From: Cyclobacteriaceae bacterium
GTDB taxonomy: Bacteria; Bacteroidota; Bacteroidia; Cytophagales; Cyclobacteriaceae
Direction of reading: 5' to 3'
Assembly: GCA_040222715.1 (NCBI GenBank)
Contig: JAVKCN010000015.1
Span: 39,163 to 103,162, forward strand
Length of the DNA: 64,000 bases
Shown here: one piece after another, positions 49,025 through 58,483 of the stretch
How positions within the stretch are numbered: position 1 is the stretch's first letter
Layout: the number at the start of each line of letters is the position of its first letter
Translations under genes and position numbers: made by a program
The notes under the pieces: generated by a model
Told to the model about the DNA's origin: nothing
The model's database searches: none
Seen by the model: the letters and a program-made list of their open reading frames with translations, nothing else

Positions 49025-50886
49025 TGAACCAAGCCAAAGCCTATATTACCAGCGCCGGAGCATTCCTGCCGGGCGAACCCATCAGTAACGAAGACATTGA
49101 AGAATATCTGGGAAAAATCCACGGCCAGCCTTCCCGTACCCGGCAGCGCATGCTTCGGCAAAACGGTATTCAGTCTCGCCACTACGCCCTGGATCGTCAG
49201 CAACAGGCAACCCATTCATTAGCCAACATGGCGGCTCGGGCCATTGATGCCTGTCTTAGCTCGGCCACTATTTCTCCTTCCTCCATAGACTTCCTGGCCG
49301 CCGCTACTACCCAGGGCGACCTACCAGTACCCGGTTTTGCCAGCATGGTACACGCCGAAAGCGGACTGGATAGTTGCGAGATTGCTACTCTGCACGGCGT
49401 TTGCGGCAGCGGAATGATGGCAATTAAGAATGCCTGGATGCAGGTGCTCCTGGGCGAGAAAAAAAACGCGCTGGTTTGTGCCGGAGAATTTGCCAGCCGG
49501 ATGTTCAAGGCCTCCCGCTTCGAGGGACAGCTATCAAAAAATGAGCATCTCTCATTAGAAACCGATTTCTTACGATGGATGCTTTCGGACGGAGCAGGCG
49601 CACTGCTCCTCCAACCCCAACCGGCCCCCCAAGGACTATCACTCGCGATCGACTGGATTGACATCCGCTCCTATGCTCACCTTTTTGATCCTTGTATGTA
49701 CGCTGGCTACAATAAAGATGATACTGCTTTCTCTTCGTGGCTGGACTATGCCGACTTTGCCCAGGCAGATAGGGCTGGAGCTATTAACCTAAAACAGGAC
49801 ATCAAACTCGTAGACAATATTGTAAAACTGGGCGTGCGGCGTTTTTTTGAGTTAGTAGATGAGGGAAATATCAAGCCCGATGCCATTGACTACCTGCTCT
49901 GCCATTATTCATCTCATTACTTTAAAGAACCTATCCTGAACCTGATGGAAAAGGGCGGAGTGGTGATTCCCGAGGAAAAATGGTTTACCAATCTGTATAC
50001 TAAAGGCAATACCGGCTCAGCCTCAATATTTATTATGCTGGAAGAATTGCTACGGGAGCGGCCACTACAGGCGGGGCAGAAAATTCTGTGCATGGTACCG
50101 GAGAGCGGACGTTTTCTGACTTCCTTTATGCAATTGACGGTGGTAGGTGCTCCGAAAGCACCAACTCGCGCATATACCAAAGCCATTCAGGCTCCTACCA
50201 TTCGCACCAGCGGCGGGGAAACCCAGGCGTGGCTGGTGCGCCAACTGACCAACGTGTGGATCACCTTCGAAACAAACCTCCGGCAGGTGCCCATCGTGGC
50301 TAAAATCCACCAAGGAAACCTATCGCTGGAGGAATACCGGGAGTTACTACTGAATCTCCGCCAGCAGGTGGTGGATGGTTCACAATGGATTGCCCGTGCG
50401 GCATCGCACGTGAGCATGGAATTCTTTGAAGTACGCTCTTCCTTTATTCGGCATGCCCGCGATGAGCACCGGGATTACCAGTTGCTGGAGAAAAACTACC
50501 AGAATGTGGGCGGAAAGCTGGAAGATATTATATCAGGTGAGAAAAACGTAGGAAGCGAAGCGTTGAGCGCCTTTATGTTTCACCGAGCCAGTCAGCCCAA
50601 CCCCTTTGACCTGCTCGGAGGCATGTTCATTATTGAGGGGCTGGGTAACCGGATGGCTGGGAGTTGGGGAAGAGCGATTCAGGAGCAATTGAACCTTCGG
50701 GAAGATCAGGTATCGTTTTTACTCTATCACGAAAGCAGCGATGCTAATGATAACCACTTCGAGCGCTTTGAAAAAGCCATTCAATCCGAATTACTGACTA
50801 TGCCCATTGCCCAACGGATTGTGAAGACGGCAAAAGTGGTCGCAAAATTGTATGAATTACAATTACGAGAACTAGGAAACTTCTAA
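49021..50886 (+). CDS. Ketoacyl-synthase III (StlD/DarB-like) fused to a C-terminal heme-oxygenase-like (TenA/PqqC-fold) redox domain
   Basis: KS triad HGVCGSG / LCHYSS / KGNTGSAS; C-terminal ~230-aa helical domain with RHARDEH, IEGLG, YHESSD...H. Confidence 0.8.
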   Translation: MMNQAKAYITSAGAFLPGEPISNEDIEEYLGKIHGQPSRTRQRMLRQNGIQSRHYALDRQQQATHSLANMAARAIDACLSSATISPSSIDFLAAATTQGDLPVPGFASMVHAESGLDSCEIATLHGVCGSGMMAIKNAWMQVLLGEKKNALVCAGEFASRMFKASRFEGQLSKNEHLSLETDFLRWMLSDGAGALLLQPQPAPQGLSLAIDWIDIRSYAHLFDPCMYAGYNKDDTAFSSWLDYADFAQADRAGAINLKQDIKLVDNIVKLGVRRFFELVDEGNIKPDAIDYLLCHYSSHYFKEPILNLMEKGGVVIPEEKWFTNLYTKGNTGSASIFIMLEELLRERPLQAGQKILCMVPESGRFLTSFMQLTVVGAPKAPTRAYTKAIQAPTIRTSGGETQAWLVRQLTNVWITFETNLRQVPIVAKIHQGNLSLEEYRELLLNLRQQVVDGSQWIARAASHVSMEFFEVRSSFIRHARDEHRDYQLLEKNYQNVGGKLEDIISGEKNVGSEALSAFMFHRASQPNPFDLLGGMFIIEGLGNRMAGSWGRAIQEQLNLREDQVSFLLYHESSDANDNHFERFEKAIQSELLTMPIAQRIVKTAKVVAKLYELQLRELGNF

Positions 50887-50889
50887 GCG

Positions 50890-51807
50890 ATGCGTTCATC
50901 TATTGACTATTTTGATCGGTTGGAGCATGATCCCCAAGATCCCAGCCCCTGGCAGGCCTTATTTTACGACCGCAGCATTCCATTTGATCAGCATGCGAAG
51001 GCCGCTTTTCTGTACGATTCACAATCGAAGTCGCGGCAGTTCTTACACCCCTTTGTCCGCTTGTTCGCCCGACTGGCTATCGGAGTGTTGCAGTTGCTGA
51101 AGGTCTTCTGGCCTAAAGTGCTTACCTCGCCTAAGCTGCTGCACCTCAGTTTGTACTGGGGCATGAAGTACTGGGTGACCCCGGAGGCCAATTACCTGAT
51201 TCTGCGCCACTTTAATCTGGGTTCGGAGGTGCTTCGGTTCATTGCCGACAATGTGCCCGGCATATCCCTCGAAACCACGCCCCTCAAACCTACCCGGCTG
51301 GCCGAAGTGAAGGATAACCTCTTTCTCCAGCACGATCTCAACCTATATAATTTCGTGATCAAGCTGAATAAGCTGATGCAGCAGGAGAAGGTGCAGATTG
51401 TGCCAGTGGAAAACCCCGATTTCTCCGCTATCTCTACCGAAGACTTTCCCTTCGAATCATTCCGCGACGGCTGGACGAACTTTCTGGATCTGAGTACAGC
51501 GATTGAAATTTTCACCCCAGTGTACCAGTTTTTCCTGACCAACCGGGATTTCTGGCGAGCATCCAATTCCCTGCAACTGGATGAAACGATTGGCTTGTAC
51601 GCGGCTACCATCCTGAACTGCCCCGAAAAGCTGGTCGCGCTTAACAATAAACACCCCATGATTCCGCTTTCTGTGCTTAATGCGGGCTTTCGCCTGACTC
51701 TACACGGTCTCTCTACCGAAGTACTGCACGGCTTACTGGTGGAACAAAAGAAGAAGCAGTCCCCGCCAGCTACGATGGTCTCACCCGAAAAAGTCGGTAA
51801 AGTATAG
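50890..51807 (+). CDS. Hypothetical protein (resembles what I recall as the DUF6999 family; unverified)
   Basis: 305-aa ORF starting 3 nt after the KS stop; motifs LILRHF, QHDLNLYN, QLDETIG. Confidence 0.6.
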   Translation: MRSSIDYFDRLEHDPQDPSPWQALFYDRSIPFDQHAKAAFLYDSQSKSRQFLHPFVRLFARLAIGVLQLLKVFWPKVLTSPKLLHLSLYWGMKYWVTPEANYLILRHFNLGSEVLRFIADNVPGISLETTPLKPTRLAEVKDNLFLQHDLNLYNFVIKLNKLMQQEKVQIVPVENPDFSAISTEDFPFESFRDGWTNFLDLSTAIEIFTPVYQFFLTNRDFWRASNSLQLDETIGLYAATILNCPEKLVALNNKHPMIPLSVLNAGFRLTLHGLSTEVLHGLLVEQKKKQSPPATMVSPEKVGKV

Positions 51808-51839
51808 ACTCTGCCTACTTTTTTCTGTAAACTGCGTCG

Positions 51840-52862
51840 GTGAATAATCGTATTGCCGACAGCTATAATATTGTATCCAAACTCTCGCCTAAGCGAATTG
51901 CCAATGCATCGCGCATTCTGGGCAGTTATTACCACTCGCGTTTTACTGGCCAACCTAATATCTCGGGTTTGCCTATCAGTCTGTCGGTAGAACCAACCAC
52001 CTCCTGCAATCTGCGCTGCCCCGAGTGCCCCAGTGGTTTGCGTTCTTTTACCCGCCCTACCGGACGACTACCCATTGAACTGTACCGAGATGTTATTGAC
52101 GAACTAGCGGATACGCTCATTTATCTGCTGCTTTATTTTCAGGGCGAACCTTATCTGCATCCGCAATTTCTGGAGCTGGTTCAATATGCGTCTCAAAAAA
52201 ATATCTACACGGCTACCTCCACCAACGCTCATTTTCTGCACGATGAAGCGGCTCGTAAAACCGTAGCTTCCGGACTGGATCGCCTGATTATTTCTATTGA
52301 CGGTACCACGCAGGAAACATACGAATCATATCGAATTGGCGGTAAGCTAACGAAGGTGCTGGAAGGGGCAGCGAACATTGTGCGTTGGAAGAAGCAGCTT
52401 CGCTCCCGCACCCCACAGGTTATTTTTCAGTTTCTGGTCGTGCGCCCCAACGAGCATCAGATTGAAGAAGTGCAGCAGCTAGCCCGGCAGATCGGGGTAG
52501 ATGAGGTCCGGTTTAAGACAGCTCAAATCTATGACTACGAACAAGGCTCTCCGCTGATACCAACCCAGGAGAAATACGCCCGCTACCGGCAACAGGCTGA
52601 CGGCAGCTTTGCCATTAAAAACAAACTGCTAGATCACTGCTGGAAGATGTGGCACTCCTGCGTAATGACTTGGGACGGGCGTATTGTGCCCTGCTGTTTT
52701 GATAAAGATGCCCACCACGTGCTGGGAAGTGTGCAGGAAAAATCATTCCGGGAAGTATGGCACAGCGAAGCCTACCGGCAATTCCGGACCCAGCTTTTAC
52801 AATCGCGCCAGCAAATTGATATTTGCCAGAACTGTACGGAAGGCACGAAGGTATGGGCATAA
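51840..52862 (+). CDS. Radical SAM / SPASM domain protein
   Basis: CNLRCPEC; YFQGEP; SPASM cysteines C-KMW-SC...PCCFD...CQNC. Confidence 0.92.
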   Translation: MNNRIADSYNIVSKLSPKRIANASRILGSYYHSRFTGQPNISGLPISLSVEPTTSCNLRCPECPSGLRSFTRPTGRLPIELYRDVIDELADTLIYLLLYFQGEPYLHPQFLELVQYASQKNIYTATSTNAHFLHDEAARKTVASGLDRLIISIDGTTQETYESYRIGGKLTKVLEGAANIVRWKKQLRSRTPQVIFQFLVVRPNEHQIEEVQQLARQIGVDEVRFKTAQIYDYEQGSPLIPTQEKYARYRQQADGSFAIKNKLLDHCWKMWHSCVMTWDGRIVPCCFDKDAHHVLGSVQEKSFREVWHSEAYRQFRTQLLQSRQQIDICQNCTEGTKVWA

Positions 52863-53083
52863 ATTGTCAGATAGGCGAGCCTTATTGCCAAAAAAGATGA
52901 TTATTTTGCAAGTTGACTGGCGAGACTAAACGAAGATGAAAATTTTTGCGTTGTATTCACAAACAGGCTTTTTTGAGGGTTATCGGAACTTTTAGTCTTC
53001 AAAAAACTGTCTAGGGTTGGTGAATTATCCTGGAGCAATAAAGATATTTACCAAATTAGATTGTAATTTACACGTATCCACAA

Positions 53084-53248
53084 ATGAAAGGTCGTATGAA
53101 AGTGTTAAAATTTACCCTGGCTATCTTCTTCTTGGCAGCAGTCAGCAGTTGCTCTTACAAGACATGCCCTACCTATTCTAAAATAGAGGCTCCTACCAAC
53201 CTCGTGGTAACCACCCAGCAAGCTAATAACCTGACTCCTGTCCGGTAA
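53084..53248 (+). CDS. Small lipoprotein (54 aa or 50 aa), below the ORF-track cutoff
   Basis: MKGRMKVLKFTLAIFFLAAVSSCSYKTCPTYSKIEAPTNLVVTTQQANNLTPVR*; basic n-region, hydrophobic h-region, lipobox VSSC. Confidence 0.65.
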   Translation: MKGRMKVLKFTLAIFFLAAVSSCSYKTCPTYSKIEAPTNLVVTTQQANNLTPVR

Positions 53249-54473
53249 CTTCAACGGAGACTCCTGCTTTTTGTAAATCTTCCCAGAAGCGGGGGTATGA
53301 TTTCTTAACCACATCCGGGTTCTCCAGGGTGAGGGGAGTACACATCGCCAGTGGGGCAAACGCCATCGCCATCCGGTGATCATCGTAGGTATCAATAATC
53401 AAATTATCCCGCGCAATATCTCCCTCCGAAGGAATCAGCTCCCAGGTACCGTCTTTCTCCTCCAGAAAAGCTCCAATCTTGGCTAGCTCCTGTTGCAGGG
53501 CCAGAATACGATCGGTTTCTTTGATACGCAAACTCTCCAACCCCGTCATGGTACAACGTACCCCTTTGGCCGCACAGGTGACGGCCACGGTTTGGGCCAG
53601 ATCCGGGCAGTCACTGAAATCAAAAGAAAAATCTTTTGCACCCTCCTGCCGGGTCAGCCGCACTCCGTCCGACTCAAATGTTGAGCTAACTCCCAGATTT
53701 TCCATAATGCGTACGATCGCCTGATCGCCCTGAAAAGAATCCTGACGCAACCCCATCAGTTTTACCTCAGCCTGACCAGCCAATGCCACCATACTATACC
53801 AGTAGCTCGCACCCGACCAGTCTGATTCAATCGTATAGCTGGCTGACTGGTAAACTCCCGGTTCTATGCGAATAGCCTGTTCGTTCTCCCAGGTATGGGG
53901 CACTCCGAATTGCTGCATCAATCCCAGGGTCATGGTGATATAAGGACGACTACCGACTTTACCCATTAGCTCCAGTAACAGCCCATGGTCAAATTTAGGA
54001 GCGATCATTAGCAGGGCGGAGATGTACTGGCTACTCACATCGCCTCGCATCCGCACGTATTTCATCTCCTGATCCAGCGTCATGCCCCGCACATGTACGG
54101 GCGGGTAACCTTCTTCCTGCATATACTGAATATCCGCTCCAATCTCCCGTAAAGCATCCACCAGAATACGCACGGGCCGCTGGTGCATCCGGGGGGTGCC
54201 CTTGATGACTTTGCCCAGACTATTCACGGCACAATAGGCAATCAGGAAACGCATGGTAGTTCCGGCATCCAGTACATCCAACTCTGGCTCGATGGACTGG
54301 AGTAGCTTCTGCATGGTTTGGGTATCCCGTGCTTCAGACAGGTTTTTCAGGGTAATTTCTTCATCCGTCAGGGCCTGAATGATCAGGGCCCGGTTGCTCT
54401 CGCTCTTGGAAGAAGGCAGGGTTACCGTGGTTGAAAGGGTACTATCTGCCTGCTTAATCTGTATATATTGCAA
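53223..54473 (-). CDS. aroA: 3-phosphoshikimate 1-carboxyvinyltransferase
   Basis: SKSESNR, DAGTTMRF, VSSQYISALL, KETDR, DDHRMAM. Confidence 0.96.
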   Translation of the reverse strand: MQYIQIKQADSTLSTTVTLPSSKSESNRALIIQALTDEEITLKNLSEARDTQTMQKLLQSIEPELDVLDAGTTMRFLIAYCAVNSLGKVIKGTPRMHQRPVRILVDALREIGADIQYMQEEGYPPVHVRGMTLDQEMKYVRMRGDVSSQYISALLMIAPKFDHGLLLELMGKVGSRPYITMTLGLMQQFGVPHTWENEQAIRIEPGVYQSASYTIESDWSGASYWYSMVALAGQAEVKLMGLRQDSFQGDQAIVRIMENLGVSSTFESDGVRLTRQEGAKDFSFDFSDCPDLAQTVAVTCAAKGVRCTMTGLESLRIKETDRILALQQELAKIGAFLEEKDGTWELIPSEGDIARDNLIIDTYDDHRMAMAFAPLAMCTPLTLENPDVVKKSYPRFWEDLQKAGVSVEVTGQESGY

Positions 54474-54639
54474 AAGAAATTCGTTTTTATGTCTACAATA
54501 ATCTCACTAACCCAATGCCTCGCCTCAGCCAATACAAATATCTCAAAAAAATTGGTGAGAGTACGGTTGAAGTTCTGGTTATTTTTTTTGTACCTTGACG
54601 ATTAACCTAATTTTTTATTCCACCGAAACTTTTTCATGC

Positions 54640-54882
54640 ATGGATAATTCAGAAAAAACCCTCATTGCTTTTTTAGTAGGAGCCATTGCCGGAACCATGG
54701 CAGGATTGCTAGTAGCTCCCAACAGCGGTCAGAAGACTCGAAAGAAACTGAACAAATCAGCCAACGATGTTTTATATGATCTGGAAGATGCCTGGGAAGA
54801 GAGTGCTGAGCGTATCAAAGATCTGGCAGATACTGCCGTAGAAGAGCTGGAGAAATACAGCAAAAAACTGACTAAGAAGTAG
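54640..54882 (+). CDS. YtxH domain-containing protein
   Basis: AFLVGAIAGTMAGLLVAPNSGQKTRKKL. Confidence 0.88.
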   Translation: MDNSEKTLIAFLVGAIAGTMAGLLVAPNSGQKTRKKLNKSANDVLYDLEDAWEESAERIKDLADTAVEELEKYSKKLTKK

Positions 54883-54902
54883 TAATTATATTCCAATCAT
54901 AG

Positions 54903-54942
54903 AAGCCGAATGGAGGTTACCCCCCTGTTCGGCTTTTTTTTT
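54903..54942 (+). terminator. Rho-independent terminator
   Basis: AAGCCGAA...TTCGGCTT followed by a poly-T run. Confidence 0.75.
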
Positions 54943-54948
54943 GCCCGA

Positions 54949-55989
54949 TCAGAGCCCCTGATAGTAGGTTAAGGCTTCCTGAACGTCCTTCTCTAGGATC
55001 GGCACATCATAATTGGCCAGCCCTATGCGCTCCAGCAGGGTGCAGCGAATCGTTTGCTGATCGTTTTTCTTATCCTGCTTAGTCAACTGCACAATATCTT
55101 CTACTGCTTCCGTCGGAATTTCAGGCTGACCGAAAACAGCGATAATGAAGTCGTTGATTTCTTCGGCTTCCTCCGGCGAAAGGCCGGTATGCCGGACCGA
55201 AAGGAAGGTTTCGGCAATCATGCCCACAGCAATGGCTTCTCCGTGTAATAAGGGACGGTCCGTCTCCAGAAAATAGCTTTCTACCGCATGCCCGATGGTA
55301 TGCCCGAAGTTCAGGACTTTCCGTAAGCCCCCTTCCAGAAAGTCTTTGTCAACGACCCGGGATTTCACCTGCACCGAATGCCCAATATGAGCACTCCAGT
55401 TCTGACGGGCAAAAGGCGCGCTTCGCAACGTATTCCAATATGCCGCATCGGCAATCAATGCATGCTTGATGACCTCGGCAAAGCCAGAGCGAAGCTCCCG
55501 TTCCGGTAACGTTTGCAGAAACACCGGATCGATGAAGACCTGCTTCGGCTCCTGAAACAGCCCGATGTGGTTCTTGAACCCCTGAAAGTCGATGCCGAGT
55601 TTACCGCCCACCGAAGCATCTACCTGGGCTAATAAAGTGGTCGGCAGGTTGATGAAGGGCATCCCCCGCTTATAGGTTGCCGCACAAAAACCTCCCATAT
55701 CACCGATCACCCCTCCACCGAGGTTAATCAGCAGGGATTTACGGTCGAAATGCGCTTCGGTCAGATGGTTCCAGATAATGGAACAGGTATCCAGGTTCTT
55801 TTGTAATTCACCGCTTTTTACCTCAATCACTGTATGCGCTGCGGGTAGCACATCCTGAATCAGCGGATAGCAGTGGGCAGCGGTATTTTCATCTACCACC
55901 ACAGCCAGGCGGGAAAAGCTTCCCTCTTCCAGAAATTTAGAAAGAGTGGCAGCAATGTCTTTGGTAATCGTTACGTTCTCGGCAGGCAT
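54949..55989 (-). CDS. aroB: 3-dehydroquinate synthase
   Basis: GGGVIGDMGGF, PTTLLAQVDASVGGK, LNFGHTIGHA, HGEA. Confidence 0.96.
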   Translation of the reverse strand: MPAENVTITKDIAATLSKFLEEGSFSRLAVVVDENTAAHCYPLIQDVLPAAHTVIEVKSGELQKNLDTCSIIWNHLTEAHFDRKSLLINLGGGVIGDMGGFCAATYKRGMPFINLPTTLLAQVDASVGGKLGIDFQGFKNHIGLFQEPKQVFIDPVFLQTLPERELRSGFAEVIKHALIADAAYWNTLRSAPFARQNWSAHIGHSVQVKSRVVDKDFLEGGLRKVLNFGHTIGHAVESYFLETDRPLLHGEAIAVGMIAETFLSVRHTGLSPEEAEEINDFIIAVFGQPEIPTEAVEDIVQLTKQDKKNDQQTIRCTLLERIGLANYDVPILEKDVQEALTYYQGL

Positions 55990-56055
55990 GGTTGATTGTT
56001 CTACAGACTGAATACTGAACAGAGATATGATATAAGCACGAGAGAAAGAGGCGGA

Positions 56056-57174
56056 CTAGGATTCTACCCGCAAGCCCGATTCCGTTTCGTTTTCGTTCTG
56101 GATATTATCCATCACTTCGGTTTGCTTTCGGATAGATTCTACGTGCATCAGGTTAAACAGATCCACGATAAATTTTTTGCGCAGATTCAGGTCTTTGGCC
56201 CAGTCCTTCCGCGACTCAAACACATCGTTCCAGCGATCAAGCTGAAAAGCAGCCACGTTGTTCTTTTTCTTCCACGCTCCGATCTGAGAGACCAGATCCA
56301 GGCGATGAGCCAATAGTTCTACCATTTCCCGGTCAGCATGGTCAATCTGGGTACGCAAATCTTCCAGATGGGTCACGTATTCAATATCCTCGGAAGAAGG
56401 CTTGCGAATTTGCAGTCCTCGAATAATCTCTCCCAGTGCCTGCGGGGTGACCTGCTGGCGGGCATCGCTCCAGGCATTTTCCGGGTCGCGGTGGGTTTCT
56501 ATGATCAGTCCGTCAAAGTTCAGGTCCATGGCAATCTGCGAGATCTCGGCCACGCCTTCCCGCTTACCAATAATATGGCTGGGGTCGCAGATCATCGGAA
56601 GATTGGGTAATTGCCGCTTCATCTCAATGGGCAACTGCCAGGTAGGCACATTGCGGAACCGAGTTTTCTGGTACGTAGAGAATCCTCGGTGAATGGCTCC
56701 CAGCTTGGCCACTCCAGCCTGGTGCAGGCGTTCCAATGCTCCCATCCACAGGGCTAGATCCGGGTTAATAGGGTTTTTGACCAGCACCGGCACATCGCAG
56801 CCACGTACGGCGTCGGCAATCTCCTGCACAATAAACGGGCTCACGGTGCTGCGGGCTCCTACCCAGAGCACATCAATTCCGTAGTGCAGGGCTTCTTCCA
56901 CGTGCATGGCGTTCGCCACCTCTACAGCAAATTGCACATTCAGCTCTTTCTTAATGTCTTTGATCCACTGCAAAGCTTCCTGGCCAATGCCCTCAAAGGT
57001 ATTGGGTCGGGTACGGGGTTTCCATACTCCCGCCCGCATCAGGGTCACGCCCTGCTCTTTCACGGCCTTCACTGTTTCGAACAGTTGCTCTTCGGTTTCG
57101 GCACTGCAAGGTCCGGCAATAACGAGCGGGTCCGTTTTACCTATATTCCACTGATGTAATTCCTTAAGTTCCAT
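56056..57174 (-). CDS. Bifunctional DAHP synthase / chorismate mutase
   Basis: IAGPCSAE, WKPRTRP, IHRGF, DPSH; C-terminal AroQ-like LRTQIDHAD...RLDLV. Confidence 0.9.
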   Translation of the reverse strand: MELKELHQWNIGKTDPLVIAGPCSAETEEQLFETVKAVKEQGVTLMRAGVWKPRTRPNTFEGIGQEALQWIKDIKKELNVQFAVEVANAMHVEEALHYGIDVLWVGARSTVSPFIVQEIADAVRGCDVPVLVKNPINPDLALWMGALERLHQAGVAKLGAIHRGFSTYQKTRFRNVPTWQLPIEMKRQLPNLPMICDPSHIIGKREGVAEISQIAMDLNFDGLIIETHRDPENAWSDARQQVTPQALGEIIRGLQIRKPSSEDIEYVTHLEDLRTQIDHADREMVELLAHRLDLVSQIGAWKKKNNVAAFQLDRWNDVFESRKDWAKDLNLRKKFIVDLFNLMHVESIRKQTEVMDNIQNENETESGLRVES

Positions 57175-57276
57175 AGCGTATTAAACAAATATACCTACTG
57201 TGATAGTTTATCTATTGTGAGAAATTATATAGACTGCGTTCTTTACGCGCAATGCTACCTTTGTATATAACCAATT

Positions 57277-58476
57277 ATGGAATATGTATTCACCGAAGCG
57301 CTTCCGGTTTCGTTTGATAATACCGAAATAGCTTTTTCCTACAAATCCAACCAGGATCTTCAGAAGACCTACTGGCTCTTCAAGGCCATCAACTATCCGG
57401 TGATGACCAACGTAGGCACAAAGGTTACAAAATTAGCCTTAAAATTAAAGTTGCCTATCCGTAATGTACTAAAAAACACACTATTCCAGCAATTCTGCGG
57501 GGGAGAGACCATTGCCGGTTGCTCCGGCACCATTCATATGCTGGCCTCCCACAATGTGAAAACCATCCTGGACTATTCGGTAGAGGTTGAGAAAACTGAG
57601 GAGGGCTTTGACCACACCACCGAAGAAACCCTGCGAACCATCACCGCGGCGAAGAATGCTCCCCACATGCCCTTCTGTGCGTTTAAGCTCACCGGTATTG
57701 TCAGCGCCAAGCTACTGGCCCGCGTACAGGCGGGAAAACAGCTCTCTGCGGAGCAGGAATCCGCCTATACTCGAGGGAAAGAACGCCTGAACCGACTATG
57801 CCAGGCGGCCCACGAAGCCGAGACGGGCCTGTTTATCGACGGAGAGGAATCCTGGATTCAGGAGGTGATTGACGACCTGGCCGATGAGATGATGAAGCGC
57901 TATAACCAGGATCGGGTGATTGTCTACAATACCTACCAGATGTACCGGCTCGACATGCTGGATAATCTCCGTAAAGCCTACCAGCAGGCCGTAACCCACC
58001 AGTATTATCTGGGAGCCAAACTGGTACGGGGGGCTTATATGGAAAAAGAACGGGAGCGGGCGGAGGAACTGGGTTACCCCGACCCTATCCAGCCGACCAA
58101 AAAAGATACGGACGAGCACTACAACCGGGCGCAACTGTTTTGCCTCAACCACAAGCAGCGCATTTCCCTGGTATCGGGCTCGCACAATGAGTACAGCAAC
58201 TACTACCTGACCTTGCTGATGGAGAAGCACTCCATGAAGCCCGGTGACCCCCGGGTGTATTTCGCCCAGCTCTACGGCATGAGCGATAACATCTCCTTCA
58301 ACCTCTCGGCCGCCGGATACAACGTGGCCAAATACCTGCCCTACGGCCCCCTGGAATCGGTGATGCCCTACCTGTTTCGCCGGGCCGAAGAAAACACCTC
58401 CGTACGCGGACAAAGCAGCCGGGAGCTGATCCTGGTAGAGCGGGAGCTGAAACGAAGAAAAAAGGGGGTATTGTAA
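57277..58476 (+). CDS. Proline dehydrogenase (monofunctional)
   Basis: QFCGGE, IDGEES, KLVRGAYMEKER, SHN, AQLYGM, KYLPYG, YLFRRAEEN. Confidence 0.92.
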   Translation: MEYVFTEALPVSFDNTEIAFSYKSNQDLQKTYWLFKAINYPVMTNVGTKVTKLALKLKLPIRNVLKNTLFQQFCGGETIAGCSGTIHMLASHNVKTILDYSVEVEKTEEGFDHTTEETLRTITAAKNAPHMPFCAFKLTGIVSAKLLARVQAGKQLSAEQESAYTRGKERLNRLCQAAHEAETGLFIDGEESWIQEVIDDLADEMMKRYNQDRVIVYNTYQMYRLDMLDNLRKAYQQAVTHQYYLGAKLVRGAYMEKERERAEELGYPDPIQPTKKDTDEHYNRAQLFCLNHKQRISLVSGSHNEYSNYYLTLLMEKHSMKPGDPRVYFAQLYGMSDNISFNLSAAGYNVAKYLPYGPLESVMPYLFRRAEENTSVRGQSSRELILVERELKRRKKGVL

Positions 58477-58483
58477 TTATCTA

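Noticed and set aside
51192-51953. 253-aa antisense ORF (and similar long antisense ORFs such as 57796-58413 and 38242-38904)
   Set aside because: Shadow ORFs opposite well-supported genes, expected from codon bias.
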